Shown in pieces: positions 60,471-64,000 of a stretch of 64,000 nt of DNA; position 1 is the first letter of the stretch, and each line of letters begins with the position of its first letter. Source of the DNA: Terriglobia bacterium (GTDB lineage: Bacteria; Acidobacteriota; Terriglobia; Acidiferrales; UBA7541); NCBI GenBank assembly GCA_963695545.1, contig OY968796.1, forward strand, positions 160,001 through 224,000. The letters run 5' to 3'. The notes under the pieces were generated by a model that was not told the DNA's origin, searched no databases, and saw only the letters and a program-made list of their open reading frames with translations. The position numbers and the translations under genes were made by a program.

Positions 60471-61235
60471 CTACGCGCCTCTCGCTCCGCTTCCTACGCT
60501 ATAGCCGGGCAGCGAATAGACGCTGCGGCCTTGGCTGTCCCAAGCGCCCAGGATTACGTGTCCGTGCGGGCTGTAATCGACCGTTCCCCAGCCCAGCGTG
60601 CTCAACTCCGTCATGCCGTAACGCCCATCCATCAGGAACGCGCGGTCGGCTAGGCGGAGCATGCCTCCTGACGCCACGCGAACAACTTTCACGGGACCCG
60701 TAGTTCGCAGATAGGTCGTGCCACGCAGATCGTGGCGCATGGGCCGCTGCGCCGTGAGCCAGGAAATCCCGTAGATCATGATTGCGGAAACGAGGCCAAT
60801 CCCGCTGAGCAGCAGCGCCAGGGTTCGGCCCTCGCCTGGGGCCACGTTGGCTGCGGCGAACACAATGCCTAGCACGACGAAAAACGCCAGGATCCCTCCA
60901 ACGACGTAAAGCAGAATTCGCCGCGTGCGGGCACTTTGTCGCGCGATCACTGCGGCCACCTCCGGCGTCAGCGGCAATTCCACGGTCGAAAATTGCGCCG
61001 CAAAGGCAACGGGCTGCCCCGCTGCCATCGCTGCGTCGGGATGTCCCACCGCCGCGGCCGGGTTTGCTTGCACGATTCCCCTTCCAGACGTGCGCAGCCT
61101 TGCGCCGATGGCGATCAAAAACGCCGCAATAAAAAACGGCAAGTATCCTATATGGCCGCCTCCGAACTCCGCGAGCGCGAACAGGATCAAGAAAAGTACG
61201 CCGAGAACCAGGATCACATTTCCCCAAATGCGCAT
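60471..61235 (-). CDS. Hypothetical membrane protein
   Basis: AAGGAG RBS, four hydrophobic segments. Confidence 0.65.
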   Translation of the reverse strand: MRIWGNVILVLGVLFLILFALAEFGGGHIGYLPFFIAAFLIAIGARLRTSGRGIVQANPAAAVGHPDAAMAAGQPVAFAAQFSTVELPLTPEVAAVIARQSARTRRILLYVVGGILAFFVVLGIVFAAANVAPGEGRTLALLLSGIGLVSAIMIYGISWLTAQRPMRHDLRGTTYLRTTGPVKVVRVASGGMLRLADRAFLMDGRYGMTELSTLGWGTVDYSPHGHVILGAWDSQGRSVYSLPGYSVGSGARGA

Positions 61236-61360
61236 GCACGCTCCTTGAGATTTGCACTCGCCTCAATTCCGCACAATCGTGTTGGCGGCGCCGAAGAGCA
61301 GCGATAGTAACTCAGTTTCCCACGCGGAGGTTGCGCACTCTCGTGTGTGCGGCGAGCGAA

Positions 61361-62562
61361 TCAGGTGATGCGGTCGAAAACGTAGCCGGCCTCGCCGAGC
61401 GCTCTAAGCAGAGCGGCCACGTGCTCGGCGCCGCGTGTTTCCATGGTGAGGTCGATGGCGGTGTCGCCGAAATTTACGCCGTAGTACGCGCGGTCATAGG
61501 ACGTGGCCACGATGTTCGTGCGGTGCTCGGACAGCACGCCTGTCAGGCGATGCAGCGCGCCGGGATAATCCGGCAGATGAATGCGCAGGCGAATCATGCG
61601 GCCGTCCTGAACCAAGCCGCGCTCGATAATGCGCGAGAGAATCGTGACATCGAGATTGCCGCCGGAAACGATGATCGCGACGCGTTTGCCGGAGAGTTTC
61701 GTTTTCCCATTCAGCAGCGCCGCGAGCGGCACCGCGCCGGCGCCTTCGGCGAGAATTTTTTCGCGCTCGAGCAACAGCAGAATGGCGCTGGCGATTTCTT
61801 CTTCCTCCACGGTCACGATATCGTCCACGTATTTTTGCACCAGAGGAAACGTCAGTTCGCCGGCGCGGCGCACCGCGATTCCGTCGGCCAGCGTGGAGGC
61901 CACGGGCAGCGTGACGAGCGAACCCTTCTCGACCGCGGCTTTCATCGACGGCAGCCTCGCGGTCTCGACGCCGATCACGCGGATATCGGGCCGCAAGTTC
62001 TTGAGCACGCAGGCCACGCCGCTGATCAAACCGCCGCCGCCGATCGCGGCGACGACCGCTTCGATATCGGGCTGCTGCTCGAGAAGCTCAAGGCCAATCG
62101 TGCCTTGCCCCGCGATCACATCGAGATCGTCGAAGGGATGGATGAGCACAAGATTTTGCTCGATCGAGCGGCGCAGCGCTTCGTCGAAGGCTTCGTCGTA
62201 ATTCGCGCCGTACAGCACAACTTCGGCGCCATAGCGGCGCGTGGCCATCACTTTGTTGAGCGGCGTGGCCAGCGGCATGCAGATTTGCGCGGGAATTCCG
62301 CGCCGCGTGGCGTGGTAGGAGACGGCTTGCGCGTGATTTCCCGCCGAAGCCGCGATCAATCCGCGGCGCCGTTCGTCTTCGGTGAGCGCGAGGATGCGAT
62401 TTAGAGCGCCGCGCTCTTTGTACGATCCGGTGCGTTGCAAATTCTCGAGCTTCAGAAAAACATCGTTGCCGGTCATCTCCGAAAATGTTTCCGAGAGCGC
62501 GCACGGCGTCACCAGAATCGAATCCCGGATTTGGCCGCGCGCCTTCTTGATGTTTTCAACCG

Positions 62563-62569
<7 letters not shown>
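61361..62569 (-). CDS. ilvA: Threonine ammonia-lyase with a single C-terminal ACT domain
   Basis: KLENLQRTGSYKERGA, ASAGNHAQ, GGGGLISG, SGGN, PDYPGAL. Confidence 0.92.
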
Positions 62570-63587
<1,018 letters not shown>

Positions 63588-63937
63588 TCATCCCTTTCTC
63601 ATTCAAAAGCCGGGGCCGCCCAAGCCGTGCGGACATGCAGGGCGCGCCGTTATCGGCGCACGAAAGGCGGTGGCGCGCCCTGAGGACCCCGCAATCTTTA
63701 TAAAATCCTTATAAACTTTCAGGCTGTTCCGTTTGCTGTCGCGAGCGTGCCCAAACCGGGAATTTTGCATCCGCCCAATTGAAATTTTCCGTTTCCCATC
63801 CCCAAGAGTCAAGGGTAGAGTCTGTCACCTTAATGCAGTCTAGCCAATCTGCAAACGAACACTAAACAAGATTCTGGGGGATTCAGGGTGGAGTGGGTGG
63901 CTTTAATAACATATAAACAGGAGGAGAGGACGAAACT

Positions 63938-64000
63938 ATGCGCAATAAGATTCTAGTGGTAACCGGGCTCTTGCTGATGGGGGCAGTGGCTGCATGGGGG
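63938..64000 (+). CDS. Start of a secreted protein, truncated by window end
   Basis: GGAGGAG RBS; MRNKILVVTGLLLMGAVAAWG signal peptide. Confidence 0.6.
   Translation, partial: MRNKILVVTGLLLMGAVAAWG

Overview
GC-rich bacterial chromosome segment of mostly housekeeping genes. Gene content (paired DUF6600/FecR-like proteins, an orphan pair of MacB-like permeases, PilZ proteins) suggests Acidobacteriota, but this is inference only. In order, it carries a thr operon (asd-lysC-thrC-thrB, minus strand), glnD, an oxidative pentose-phosphate operon (HAD-gnd-zwf-pgl-glk), yggX, a CCAEP-tail radical SAM + ATP-grasp pair, acnA and lgt. Next come a complete Pho locus (phoBR, a porin-like gene, pstSCAB-phoU), a sigma-54 two-component system between two DUF6600 paralogs, a sulfate-assimilation operon (sat-tauE-cysH), siroheme genes, a GAF-ANTAR regulator and glnK-sirC-ilvA. 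I saw no rRNA, tRNA, CRISPR array or transposase. The most notable signals are non-coding or not called as separate ORFs in the track: (1) a 40-aa leader peptide with 13 Cys plus mutually exclusive antiterminator/terminator hairpins upstream of sat, a candidate cysteine-sensing transcription attenuator; (2) an analogous Thr/Ile-rich leader attenuator upstream of asd; (3) a candidate PHO-box-driven structured small RNA behind phoR; (4) PHO boxes on a divergent uncharacterised porin-like gene. All calls come from reading motifs by eye; no searches were run.
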